A DNA stretch of 64,000 nucleotides. Origin: Escherichia coli (lineage in GTDB: Bacteria > Pseudomonadota > Gammaproteobacteria > Enterobacterales > Enterobacteriaceae). Below the pieces are notes generated by a model. It searched no databases, had not been told where the DNA came from, and saw only the letters and a list, made by a program, of their open reading frames with translations. Position numbers and translations under genes: made by a program. Shown in pieces: positions 1 to 9,927 of this stretch. The number at the start of each line of letters is the position of its first letter. Within the stretch, counting starts at the first letter, position 1. Location of the stretch: assembly GCF_003334385.1 (NCBI RefSeq), contig NZ_QOWN01000011.1; one strand, given 5' to 3'.

Positions 1-536
1 GCGCTGTTGGTCGCCAGGTAAAGATGCGGGCTTAACCGGATATCCGGCGGCAGCGCCCCCCACAGCCGCGCCAGCGTATGGCCGTCCGGCTGTGCTGCCT
101 TACCACCGCGCACCAGCCACATTGACTCACTGCGGCTGTACACCGCCTCCCCCGGCAGCAGCGGCTCAAAGTGAATGCTCCGCCCGCCGTTGTCGTTGAG
201 TATCAGTCCGTCATCACGTAGCTGTAAGCGGATATCAGAAGGCGCTTTCCAGCCGGGGCCGAAAACGCCCACCGGTGCAGGCGTCTTCGTCCGGTAGCTG
301 CTGTAGGTGCGGGAGAGAATGAACGGCAGCGGGCCGGGCAGCGCAAGGTCCGTCTCGCCGGGCAGCACCTTCGCCCCCAGCAGCGGATTTACCGGGTTGC
401 CCGAAGTCATCCCGCCCGGACACACCGAGCACGCCACGCCGGTGGGCGCGCCAATTCTTACACCTGCCGAACCCTGGACAATGGGACCGCCATACTGAGT
501 CATATCTCCCTGACGCGCCGCTGGTTTTCCGCTCAT
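1..536 (-). CDS. rhsD: Rhs-family polymorphic toxin protein, N-terminal fragment; gene continues past window start
   Basis: ATG at 534-536 on minus strand; translation MSGKPAARQGDMTQYGGPIVQGSAGVRIGAPTGVACSVCPGG... is a typical Rhs N-terminus (PAAR-like). Frame stays open to position 1, so it is absent from the complete-ORF track. Symbol assigned by position next to ybbP. Confidence 0.8.
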   Translation of the reverse strand, partial: MSGKPAARQGDMTQYGGPIVQGSAGVRIGAPTGVACSVCPGGMTSGNPVNPLLGAKVLPGETDLALPGPLPFILSRTYSSYRTKTPAPVGVFGPGWKAPSDIRLQLRDDGLILNDNGGRSIHFEPLLPGEAVYSRSESMWLVRGGKAAQPDGHTLARLWGALPPDIRLSPHLYLATNS

Positions 537-965
537 ATAAAGTGCCCTTTTAGTTATTGTTCATATCCCTGTGTTAGCAACAAAAAAAATAAAATGACAC
601 ACAAGACCAGCTAATGTATTTATATATTTTTCACATAAACTTATTTGTTCTCAATCAACAACAACTGTTATTACAGGTCACTTTCAATATTTTATTAAAC
701 TAACATTTTTAGCACAGATGAATTCATCATCAACAAATTCACTATATGGATAATATCCATTCAACGCATATGATTTATGATTTTATTAGTCTGAGTTATT
801 TTTGTAGGGCTATATTTAAAATCAATAAACTCCACCGATTCAGATTAATATCAGCAATAGAAAGATAGGAAATCACCAATTCAATAACATCATCAATGAA
901 ACATATTGTAGAATTAATTTAAACAAGGCGTTCCATTCAACCAGAACGCCCCTTATTTACTCTCA

Positions 966-3380
966 TCACCCCGCAAACTGCCTGAACAGCGCCTTACCCT
1001 TAACCAGTCGCGCACCCAGCCAGCCGCCGAAAAGCGACAGCAGCAGCGCTCCGCTGCACGGCAGAACAATCCACAATCGCCAGTCTGGCTCCCACGGAAA
1101 ATCAAACACTTTCGCCTGCAACACTGCCAGCGCCGTTTCCGCACCAATTGCGGCCACCAGGCCGGAAACAAACCCAAGCATGGCGAACTCACACCACAAC
1201 GTGGTACGCAGCAGTTTTTTCCCCGCACCGAGTGTGCGCCACACCACCAGCTCCTGATGACGCTGACGCATTCCCACCTGCACCTGTGCCAGCAACAGCA
1301 ACATACCGCAGGCGGTGACCAGTACCACCATCACTTCCAGCGCCCGACTTACCTGCTCCAGCACCTGACCGACCTGTTTTAAAATCGCGCCAATATCTAA
1401 CAGGCTAATGGTCGGGAACTGGCGGTTGAGTTGTGTCAACATGCCGTTGCCATTCTCCCAGCGGAAACTGGTAAGCCAGCTCTGCGGTTGCCCGTCTAAT
1501 GCCCCTTCAGGGAAAATAAAATAGAAATTAGGCCGCAGACTTTCCCAGTCCACTTTGCGCAGGCTGGTCACTTTAGCGCGGAACTCCTGGGTATCGCCCA
1601 TAAAAGTCACGGTATCACCGAGGGCAACGTTTAAGCGTTTCGCCAGCCCCTCTTCCATCGACACTTCATCGGCTTTTGGCGGCCAGTTACCGGCGACAAT
1701 CGGATTATGATCGGGCCGCGTATTTTGCCAGGTAAGATTGAGTTCGCGGTTAAGCGCCTCATCTTCATTACCTTCTGTCGGCTTATCGTTAATCGCCGTC
1801 AGCCGCGCCCGCACCACCGGATAAAACGATTCCGGGACTATCTGATGTTCCGCAAGGAACGCTTTTAGCGGTGCTACCTGTTCTGTGGCGATGTTAATTA
1901 AAAAGTAGTTCGGGCTTTCTGGAGGTAGCTGCTGCTGCCAGCGGTCGAGCAGATCGCCACGCAACACCAGCAGCAGTGCCAGCAGCATAAAGGAGAGCGA
2001 AAATGCCGAAAGCTGACTTAACGTTGACCACGGCTGACGTAACAGGCGGCTAACCGCCAGGCGCAGAGGCAGCGATTTCAGCGTCATGCGGCGAAGTACA
2101 TTCAGCAGCATCCAGCCCAGCACACCGCACAGCAAAGCCAGTACTACCGCGCCCGCCAGCACCGCCCAAAGCAGCATGCTGCCACCCATTAATCCGGCGA
2201 GCAGCAGCACAACCACCACACTGACAATCGGCAGATAAAACTTCAGCGGCCAGACGTTCGCTACCACATCATTACGTAATACGCGTAAAGGCTGCGTTGC
2301 CAGCAACAAGCGATATGGTCGTAGCCCCACCAGCAGCGAGATGACCGTCATGGTGCCAAGCGCCCACAGCCACGGCCAGAGGCTGGCTGGCGGTAGTGCA
2401 GCAGGCAGAACGGGCTTGAGCAGCACCATCAACACGTTTTCGAACAACAGGCCTATGGCCCCACCGGTAACGGCTGAAAGCGTCAGCACCATCAACCACT
2501 GACCGACGATTAGCTTACGCAGTTGCGCTCGCCCTGCCCCCAGCGTTTTGAGGATCGCCACCAGATCGTAGCGACTGCGACAGTAATGATTCATCGCTAC
2601 CGCCACCGCTGCCACTGCCAGCAGCAAGGTCAGAAGCGCCGAAAGCAGCAGGAACTGTTGCGAGCGTTCCATCGATCGCCCCAGCGCGCCTTCGTCCTGT
2701 TCCAGACCGTACCAGCGTTGTTCGGGTTTAAGCTGAGGTAACAACCATTTCTCATAGCCGTCGAGCTGGTTCTCGTTGCCGCCGAATTTATAACGCCAGG
2801 TGACCCGACTCCCCGGCTGCACGGCTCCGGTTTTATCGACATCCGCCAGATTCATCATCAGACGCGGAGCCATCTGGAAGGGGTTAAAACCGGAATCCGG
2901 TTCCTGAATCACTTCTCCGGCAATCCGCAAGGTGGCATCGCCCACGTCAATGGTGTCGCCCGTTTTCAGGTTAAGCAGTGCCATCAGGCGTGGGGCCAGC
3001 AATACGCTGCCCGCCTGCGGTTTCAGGCCAGGGGGATTAGTTTGCAGATCGCCATACATCGGGTAGATATCATCCACCGCTTTGACGTTCGCCAGCTGCG
3101 GTGTGTCGCCTGCAAAGGTCATTGTGGCGAAAGTCAGCTGCTTGCCGACTTTCAGGCCGCGCTTTTGCGCTTCCTCCAGCCACGCTTGCGGCACTTCGCG
3201 TGAACTGCGCAACGCCCGATCGCCCGCCATAAACTCACGGCTTTGCTGGCTTAAGCCCTTCTCCATGCGATCGCTGATATTGCCCAGCGCCAGCACGCAG
3301 GCCACCGCCAGGCTTAGCGCCAGCCAGACAATTAATAGCGACGGCGAACGCCATTCGCGCCAGAACCAACGTGCAATCAT
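966..3380 (-). CDS. ybbP: ABC transporter permease with two FtsX-type domains (MacB/LolCE-like), 804 aa
   Basis: 804-aa ORF; multiple hydrophobic segments with large extracytoplasmic loops; start overlaps ybbA stop by 4 bp (operon). Confidence 0.9.
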   Translation of the reverse strand: MIARWFWREWRSPSLLIVWLALSLAVACVLALGNISDRMEKGLSQQSREFMAGDRALRSSREVPQAWLEEAQKRGLKVGKQLTFATMTFAGDTPQLANVKAVDDIYPMYGDLQTNPPGLKPQAGSVLLAPRLMALLNLKTGDTIDVGDATLRIAGEVIQEPDSGFNPFQMAPRLMMNLADVDKTGAVQPGSRVTWRYKFGGNENQLDGYEKWLLPQLKPEQRWYGLEQDEGALGRSMERSQQFLLLSALLTLLLAVAAVAVAMNHYCRSRYDLVAILKTLGAGRAQLRKLIVGQWLMVLTLSAVTGGAIGLLFENVLMVLLKPVLPAALPPASLWPWLWALGTMTVISLLVGLRPYRLLLATQPLRVLRNDVVANVWPLKFYLPIVSVVVVLLLAGLMGGSMLLWAVLAGAVVLALLCGVLGWMLLNVLRRMTLKSLPLRLAVSRLLRQPWSTLSQLSAFSLSFMLLALLLVLRGDLLDRWQQQLPPESPNYFLINIATEQVAPLKAFLAEHQIVPESFYPVVRARLTAINDKPTEGNEDEALNRELNLTWQNTRPDHNPIVAGNWPPKADEVSMEEGLAKRLNVALGDTVTFMGDTQEFRAKVTSLRKVDWESLRPNFYFIFPEGALDGQPQSWLTSFRWENGNGMLTQLNRQFPTISLLDIGAILKQVGQVLEQVSRALEVMVVLVTACGMLLLLAQVQVGMRQRHQELVVWRTLGAGKKLLRTTLWCEFAMLGFVSGLVAAIGAETALAVLQAKVFDFPWEPDWRLWIVLPCSGALLLSLFGGWLGARLVKGKALFRQFAG

Positions 3381-4063
3381 GCTTCCTCCTGCAACTGCCC
3401 GTTCACCAGCCGTAAGCAGCGGTCGCAGCGTGCCGCCAGTTGCAGGTCGTGGGTCACCATAATCAACGTGGTGCCATGTTCACGGTTGAGGGAAAACAGC
3501 AGGTCGGCAATTTTATCGCCCGTCTGGCGGTCAAGGTTGCCGGTGGGTTCGTCGGCAAACAGCACATCAGGTCGACCATTAAAGGCTCGTGCCAGCGCCA
3601 CTCGTTGCTGTTCACCGCCGGAAAGCTGTGCCGGAAGATGATCCAGACGTTTACCCAGCCCTAACTGTTCGAGCAACGCTTTCGCCCCGTTACGACTTTC
3701 CGCGCTACTCTCACCGCGCAGCAGAGCCGGAAGCTCGACGTTTTCCAGCGCGTTAAGGGTAGGAATTAACATAAATGACTGAAAAACAAAGCCGACGTGC
3801 TTCGCGCGCAACTTTGCCCGCGCTTCTTCGTCCATATTATGTAGCGGTTGTCCCACCAGACTCACTTCGCCACTGCTGCCGTCATCAAGCCCGGCGAGGA
3901 TCGCCAGCAAGGTTGACTTACCCGATCCCGACTCGCCCACCAGTGCGATGGTCTCGCCACGTTTGACAACCAGCTCAACTCCGGTGAGGATGGAGAGTTC
4001 ATGCTCCCCCTGACCGACGGACTTCTTAAGATGATGAACTTCAACAATGTTTTCCGCTGGCAT
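3377..4063 (-). CDS. ybbA: ABC transporter ATP-binding protein, 228 aa
   Basis: Walker A GESGSGKST, ABC signature LSGGEQQR, Walker B LFADEPTGNLD; 5' end overlaps tesA 5' end divergently. Confidence 0.92.
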   Translation of the reverse strand: MPAENIVEVHHLKKSVGQGEHELSILTGVELVVKRGETIALVGESGSGKSTLLAILAGLDDGSSGEVSLVGQPLHNMDEEARAKLRAKHVGFVFQSFMLIPTLNALENVELPALLRGESSAESRNGAKALLEQLGLGKRLDHLPAQLSGGEQQRVALARAFNGRPDVLFADEPTGNLDRQTGDKIADLLFSLNREHGTTLIMVTHDLQLAARCDRCLRLVNGQLQEEA

Positions 4064-4657
4064 TTGCCCTTCCTGTTCCTGGTCCTGTTAACCTTCCGTG
4101 CCGCCGCAGCGGACACGTTATTGATTCTGGGTGATAGCCTGAGCGCCGGGTATCGAATGTCTGCCAGCGCGGCCTGGCCTGCCTTGTTGAATGATAAGTG
4201 GCAGAGTAAAACGTCGGTAGTTAATGCCAGCATCAGCGGCGACACCTCGCAACAAGGACTGGCGCGCCTTCCGGCTCTGCTGAAACAGCATCAGCCGCGT
4301 TGGGTGCTGGTTGAACTGGGCGGCAATGACGGTTTGCGTGGTTTTCAGCCACAGCAAACCGAGCAAACGCTGCGCCAGATTTTGCAGGATGTCAAAGCCG
4401 CCAACGCTGAACCATTGTTAATGCAAATACGTCTGCCTGCAAACTATGGTCGCCGTTATAATGAAGCCTTTAGCGCCATTTACCCCAAACTCGCCAAAGA
4501 GTTTGATGTTCCGCTGCTGCCCTTTTTTATGGAAGAGGTCTACCTCAAGCCACAATGGATGCAGGATGACGGTATTCATCCCAACCGCGACGCCCAGCCG
4601 TTTATTGCCGACTGGATGGCGAAGCAGTTGCAGCCTTTAGTAAATCATGACTCATAA
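4031..4657 (+). CDS. tesA: Periplasmic acyl-CoA thioesterase I / lysophospholipase L1 (SGNH hydrolase), 208 aa
   Basis: Start taken at MMNFNNVFRWHLPFLFLVLL (signal peptide) within track ORF 4001..4657; GDSLSAGY SGNH motif. Confidence 0.9.
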   Translation: MMNFNNVFRWHLPFLFLVLLTFRAAAADTLLILGDSLSAGYRMSASAAWPALLNDKWQSKTSVVNASISGDTSQQGLARLPALLKQHQPRWVLVELGGNDGLRGFQPQQTEQTLRQILQDVKAANAEPLLMQIRLPANYGRRYNEAFSAIYPKLAKEFDVPLLPFFMEEVYLKPQWMQDDGIHPNRDAQPFIADWMAKQLQPLVNHDS

Positions 4658-5456
4658 AGCAACGGAGATCCTGACAGGTAAAGTTATGCAAAAATCGGTC
4701 TTAATTACCGGATGTTCCAGTGGAATTGGCCTGGAAAGCGCGCTCGAATTAAAACGCCAGGGTTTTCATGTGCTGGCAGGTTGCCGGAAACCGGATGATG
4801 TTGAGCGCATGAACAGCATGGGATTTACCGGCGTGTTGATCGATCTGGATTCACCAGAAAGTGTTGATCGCGCAGCCGACGAGGTGATCGCCCTGACCGA
4901 TAATTGTCTGTATGGGATCTTTAACAATGCCGGATTCGGCATGTATGGCCCCCTTTCCACCATCAGCCGTGCGCAGATGGAACAGCAGTTTTCCGCCAAC
5001 TTTTTCGGCGCACACCAGCTCACCATGCGCCTGTTACCCGCGATGTTACCGCACGGTGAAGGGCGTATTGTGATGACATCATCGGTGATGGGATTAATCT
5101 CCACGCCGGGTCGTGGCGCTTACGCGGCCAGTAAATATGCGCTGGAGGCGTGGTCAGACGCACTGCGCATGGAGCTGCGCCACAGCGGAATTAAAGTCAG
5201 CCTGATCGAACCCGGTCCCATTCGTACTCGCTTCACCGACAACGTCAACCAGACGCAAAGTGATAAACCAGTCGAAAATCCCGGCATCGCCGCCCGCTTT
5301 ACGTTGGGACCGGAAGCGGTGGTGGACAAAGTACGCCATGCTTTTATTAGCGAGAAGCCGAAGATGCGCTATCCGGTGACGCTGGTGACCTGGGCGGTAA
5401 TGGTGCTTAAGCGCCTGCTGCCGGGGCGCGTGATGGACAAAATATTGCAGGGGTGA
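4647..5456 (+). CDS. ybbO: Short-chain dehydrogenase/reductase (NAD(P)-dependent), 269 aa
   Basis: ORF with TGCSSGIG Rossmann motif and YxxxK catalytic motif (YAASK); overlaps tesA 3' end by 11 bp. Confidence 0.9.
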   Translation: MTHKATEILTGKVMQKSVLITGCSSGIGLESALELKRQGFHVLAGCRKPDDVERMNSMGFTGVLIDLDSPESVDRAADEVIALTDNCLYGIFNNAGFGMYGPLSTISRAQMEQQFSANFFGAHQLTMRLLPAMLPHGEGRIVMTSSVMGLISTPGRGAYAASKYALEAWSDALRMELRHSGIKVSLIEPGPIRTRFTDNVNQTQSDKPVENPGIAARFTLGPEAVVDKVRHAFISEKPKMRYPVTLVTWAVMVLKRLLPGRVMDKILQG

Positions 5457-5474
5457 GTTGAAGCGCGCGCTTAA

Positions 5475-6371
<897 letters not shown>

Positions 6372-6402
6372 TATTCCGTTGATCGGCACATGAACCACAA
6401 CG

Positions 6403-6428
6403 CCGGATGCGATGCTGCGCATCCGGCA
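6403..6428. terminator. REP-like GC-rich hairpin between convergent cnoX and fetB
   Basis: gccggatgcgatgctgcgcatccggc inverted repeat in the 62-bp gap between convergent stop codons. Confidence 0.6.
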
Positions 6429-6433
6429 TCGCA

Positions 6434-7213
6434 TCATTTCTTCTTCAATTGCGTCACCACCAACTGGTGGCGCGAATTATAAAACTTACGATAGGTTAAA
6501 TAGCAGGCAATAATGGTCGACAAGCTGGCGGTTGAGAGCAGCATAAAGGTCACCATAATCTGATATTTAATCGCCTTCACCGGATCAATCCCGGCAAATA
6601 TCAGCCCGGACATCATTCCTGGTAAACTCACTAAGCCAACCGTTTTTGCTGAATCGACCGTCGGAATTAAAGCCGCGCGAATACTGTCGCGAATCAATAT
6701 CGCTGAAGCCTGCTTCGGCGTCGCACCAAGACTCAGTTTCTCCTGAATCTGTTGCTGTTCGCTAATGACCCGTTGCCCTAAATTGTTGTAACACAACCCC
6801 ACCGCTACCATGGCGTTACCGGCAATCATCCCGGCGATAGGGATCACCTGCATCGGGATAAATTCAATCGACCCTGAGAGAATCAGCACCGCCAGGGTAA
6901 TTCCCGCCCCGACCGTAATGGCAATAAACGATGAGATAAAAGCTTTAGCAATATATTTACTGCGTTTTTGCGCGTTCCACGCCGCATTAAAGCAGATAAA
7001 TAACACCATCAATAATGTCAGGCTGGCATCATCCACGCTGAAAATATACTTCAGCACATAGCCGACAATAATCAGCTGAATTATCGCTCGCCCGACGCTC
7101 CAGAGAATATCTTTCTCCAGCGCCAGTTTTTCTTTATGGCTAATTAAGATTGCCACCACCACCAGCATTAATGCCAGTGCTAATGATTCGTTAGTAATAT
7201 TATGCGAGTTCAT
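6434..7213 (-). CDS. fetB: Iron-export ABC transporter permease (UPF0014 family), 259 aa
   Basis: Start taken at MNSHNITNESLALALMLVV within track ORF 6434..7240; hydrophobic throughout; overlaps fetA 3' end by 14 bp. Confidence 0.88.
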   Translation of the reverse strand: MNSHNITNESLALALMLVVVAILISHKEKLALEKDILWSVGRAIIQLIIVGYVLKYIFSVDDASLTLLMVLFICFNAAWNAQKRSKYIAKAFISSFIAITVGAGITLAVLILSGSIEFIPMQVIPIAGMIAGNAMVAVGLCYNNLGQRVISEQQQIQEKLSLGATPKQASAILIRDSIRAALIPTVDSAKTVGLVSLPGMMSGLIFAGIDPVKAIKYQIMVTFMLLSTASLSTIIACYLTYRKFYNSRHQLVVTQLKKK

Positions 7214-7877
7214 AGCGTGCTTCCTGCATTTCTCCGGCATGCGGTTGCAGTGTAATCACTTTATCCGCATGATTAATTTCGTCTTTATCGTGTGTCACCC
7301 ACAGCACGGCAATATTTTGCTCGCGCACATAACGATGGATCATCTCATTGACGTTATGTTTATTACTTTCATCCAGCGCACTGGTTATTTCATCCAGCAA
7401 TAAAACCTTCGGCATAAATTGCAGGTTACGAATCAATGAGATGCGTTGTTTTTCACCACCAGATAGCTCGGCGATATTCTTCGTCAAAATGCTGTCCGGC
7501 AAGGCGAAGCGTTCGAGAAAATCGAGAAAAATGGCTGGGTCAGGCTGCCGGTTACGGATCTGCCAGGGAAAGATCAGATTATCGTATACCGTATCGCCAA
7601 ACAGCGTCGGTGTCTGGGCGCAGTAAGAGACTTGTTGGCGGTAGATTTCTGGCTTTAGTGTGCTGACATCCTCACCTTCAAACAGTAACGTTCCGCTGGT
7701 TGGGCTGATCAATGAAGCAACTATTTTTAGCAGCGTACTTTTGCCACAACCAGAAGGACCGGTAATTAACTTAAATTCGCCAGCACGCAGCGAAAAATTG
7801 ATGTTATTAAGAATCTTCGCATCACCCGCCAGATATCCTACGTTTTGTAGCTGAAGCAAAGGACTATTTTCCTGCAT
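7200..7877 (-). CDS. fetA: Iron-export ABC transporter ATP-binding protein, 225 aa
   Basis: Walker A GPSGCGKST, signature LSGGEKQR, Walker B LLLDEITSALD. Confidence 0.9.
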   Translation of the reverse strand: MQENSPLLQLQNVGYLAGDAKILNNINFSLRAGEFKLITGPSGCGKSTLLKIVASLISPTSGTLLFEGEDVSTLKPEIYRQQVSYCAQTPTLFGDTVYDNLIFPWQIRNRQPDPAIFLDFLERFALPDSILTKNIAELSGGEKQRISLIRNLQFMPKVLLLDEITSALDESNKHNVNEMIHRYVREQNIAVLWVTHDKDEINHADKVITLQPHAGEMQEARYELA

Positions 7878-8022
7878 CGCTGTTCCCTTTTTCTGATTTT
7901 TACTAAAAACAGTTTATCCTTCGCAGGAATAAGGGGGAACTCTCTTTCAGTAATCAGGTATAATTTGTTTAATCAAGCAGCAATTTTGCTGATTATGGAC
8001 GGTACAACAGGAGGTTTTTCCG

Positions 8023-8940
8023 ATGCTTATCTTTATCCCGATTCTCATTTTTGTCGCGCTGGTCATTGTCGGCGCGGGTGTCAAAATCGTACCGCAGGGC
8101 TATCAGTGGACAGTAGAACGCTTTGGTCGCTATACCAAAACGTTACAGCCGGGGCTCAGTCTGGTGGTGCCGTTTATGGATCGCATTGGTCGCAAGATCA
8201 ATATGATGGAGCAAGTGCTCGATATCCCTTCCCAGGAAGTTATCTCGAAAGATAACGCCAACGTTACCATCGACGCCGTGTGCTTTATTCAGGTGATTGA
8301 CGCGCCGCGCGCGGCTTATGAAGTCAGCAATCTGGAGCTGGCGATCATCAACCTGACCATGACTAACATCCGTACCGTGCTGGGTTCAATGGAACTTGAC
8401 GAAATGCTCTCTCAGCGCGACAGCATCAACTCACGCCTGCTGCGTATTGTCGATGAAGCCACCAACCCGTGGGGGATTAAAGTCACCCGTATTGAAATTC
8501 GCGACGTGCGCCCACCGGCAGAGCTTATCTCTTCAATGAACGCGCAGATGAAAGCGGAACGTACCAAACGCGCTTACATTCTTGAAGCGGAAGGGATCCG
8601 TCAGGCGGAAATCCTCAAAGCCGAAGGTGAAAAACAGTCGCAAATCCTGAAAGCGGAAGGCGAACGTCAGTCGGCGTTTTTACAGGCTGAAGCGCGTGAA
8701 CGTTCCGCCGAAGCAGAAGCCCGCGCCACCAAAATGGTGTCTGAAGCTATCGCCTCCGGTGATATTCAGGCGGTGAACTACTTCGTAGCGCAGAAATACA
8801 CCGAAGCGTTACAGCAGATCGGTTCCTCCAGTAACAGCAAAGTAGTGATGATGCCATTAGAGGCCAGCAGCCTGATGGGGTCGATTGCCGGGATTGCCGA
8901 GCTGGTGAAAGACAGCGCCAACAAACGGACTCAGCCATGA
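8023..8940 (+). CDS. qmcA: SPFH/stomatin-family membrane protein, 305 aa
   Basis: N-terminal TM helix followed by stomatin/band-7 domain and coiled-coil EAEG/KAEG repeats. Confidence 0.9.
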
Positions 8941-9395
8941 TGGAGTTAATGGTCGTTCATCCACATATTTTCTGGCTCAGTCTCGGCGGTTTGCTGCTGG
9001 CAGCCGAGATGCTGGGCGGAAATGGTTATTTGTTGTGGAGCGGCGTGGCAGCGGTGATTACCGGCCTGGTGGTCTGGCTGGTGCCGCTGGGTTGGGAGTG
9101 GCAAGGGGTAATGTTTGCCATCCTGACGCTGCTCGCCGCCTGGCTGTGGTGGAAATGGTTGTCGCGGCGGGTGCGCGAACAAAAGCACAGCGATAGTCAT
9201 TTAAACCAGCGCGGGCAGCAGCTGATTGGCCGACGTTTTGTGCTGGAATCTCCGCTGGTCAACGGGCGCGGTCATATGCGCGTCGGTGACAGTTCATGGC
9301 CTGTCAGCGCCAGCGAGGATCTCGGTGCAGGTACGCATGTTGAAGTCATTGCGATAGAAGGGATAACCCTACATATCCGAGCCGTCTCGTCTTAA
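8937..9395 (+). CDS. ybbJ: NfeD-like membrane protein partner of the SPFH protein, 152 aa
   Basis: Overlaps qmcA stop by 4 bp (ATGA); hydrophobic N-terminal two-thirds plus C-terminal beta-rich domain, as expected for NfeD. Confidence 0.85.
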
Positions 9396-9803
9396 TCACC
9401 CTGCCCGATGATGACAGCAGCCGGAGAGATTTTCGATAATCGGGCAGTCGGCGCTGTCATCGCCAGGGCAGGCATTCGCCAGTGCCAGCAGCTGGTCGCG
9501 CATGGATTGCAGCTCCTCAATGTGTCGTTCGATCTCCGCCACCTTCTCCAGCGTGCGCCGTTTGACGTCGGCGCTGTGCCGCTGCGGGTCGTTAAACAGA
9601 TTCACCAGCTCGCCGCTCTCTTCCAGGTTAAAGCCCACCTGCCGTGCCTGGCGCAGTAAGGTCAGTTCGTTGAGATGCTGCTGCGTGTAGGTGCGATAAC
9701 CGTTTTCGCTGCGCATCGGCGGCGTCACCAGCCCCTTCTCTTCATAGAAGCGAATGGCTTTGCTGGTCAGGCCGGTAATTTTTGCTACATCGCTGATGTT
9801 CAT
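9396..9803 (-). CDS. cueR: MerR-family copper-responsive transcriptional activator, 135 aa
   Basis: [28 protein letters not shown]; C-terminal [10 protein letters not shown] metal-binding loop; stop codon directly abuts ybbJ stop. Confidence 0.93.
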
Positions 9804-9927
9804 CGTTCGCGCAACGCCTCCTGTGCTTTGTTAAAGGGTTTCAACAGATATTCAAGCACGTTTTTTTGCCAGTGCGAATATCGACCGCCACCACAATAAT
9901 ACAGGAAGTACTGCGCACAGAGAGATG

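Noticed and set aside
235-498. ORFs 235..432(-) and 307..498(+) at the start of the window
   Set aside because: Both are out of frame with, or antisense to, the Rhs reading frame that starts at 536 and runs off the window. The Rhs frame gives a recognisable conserved N-terminus and the others do not.
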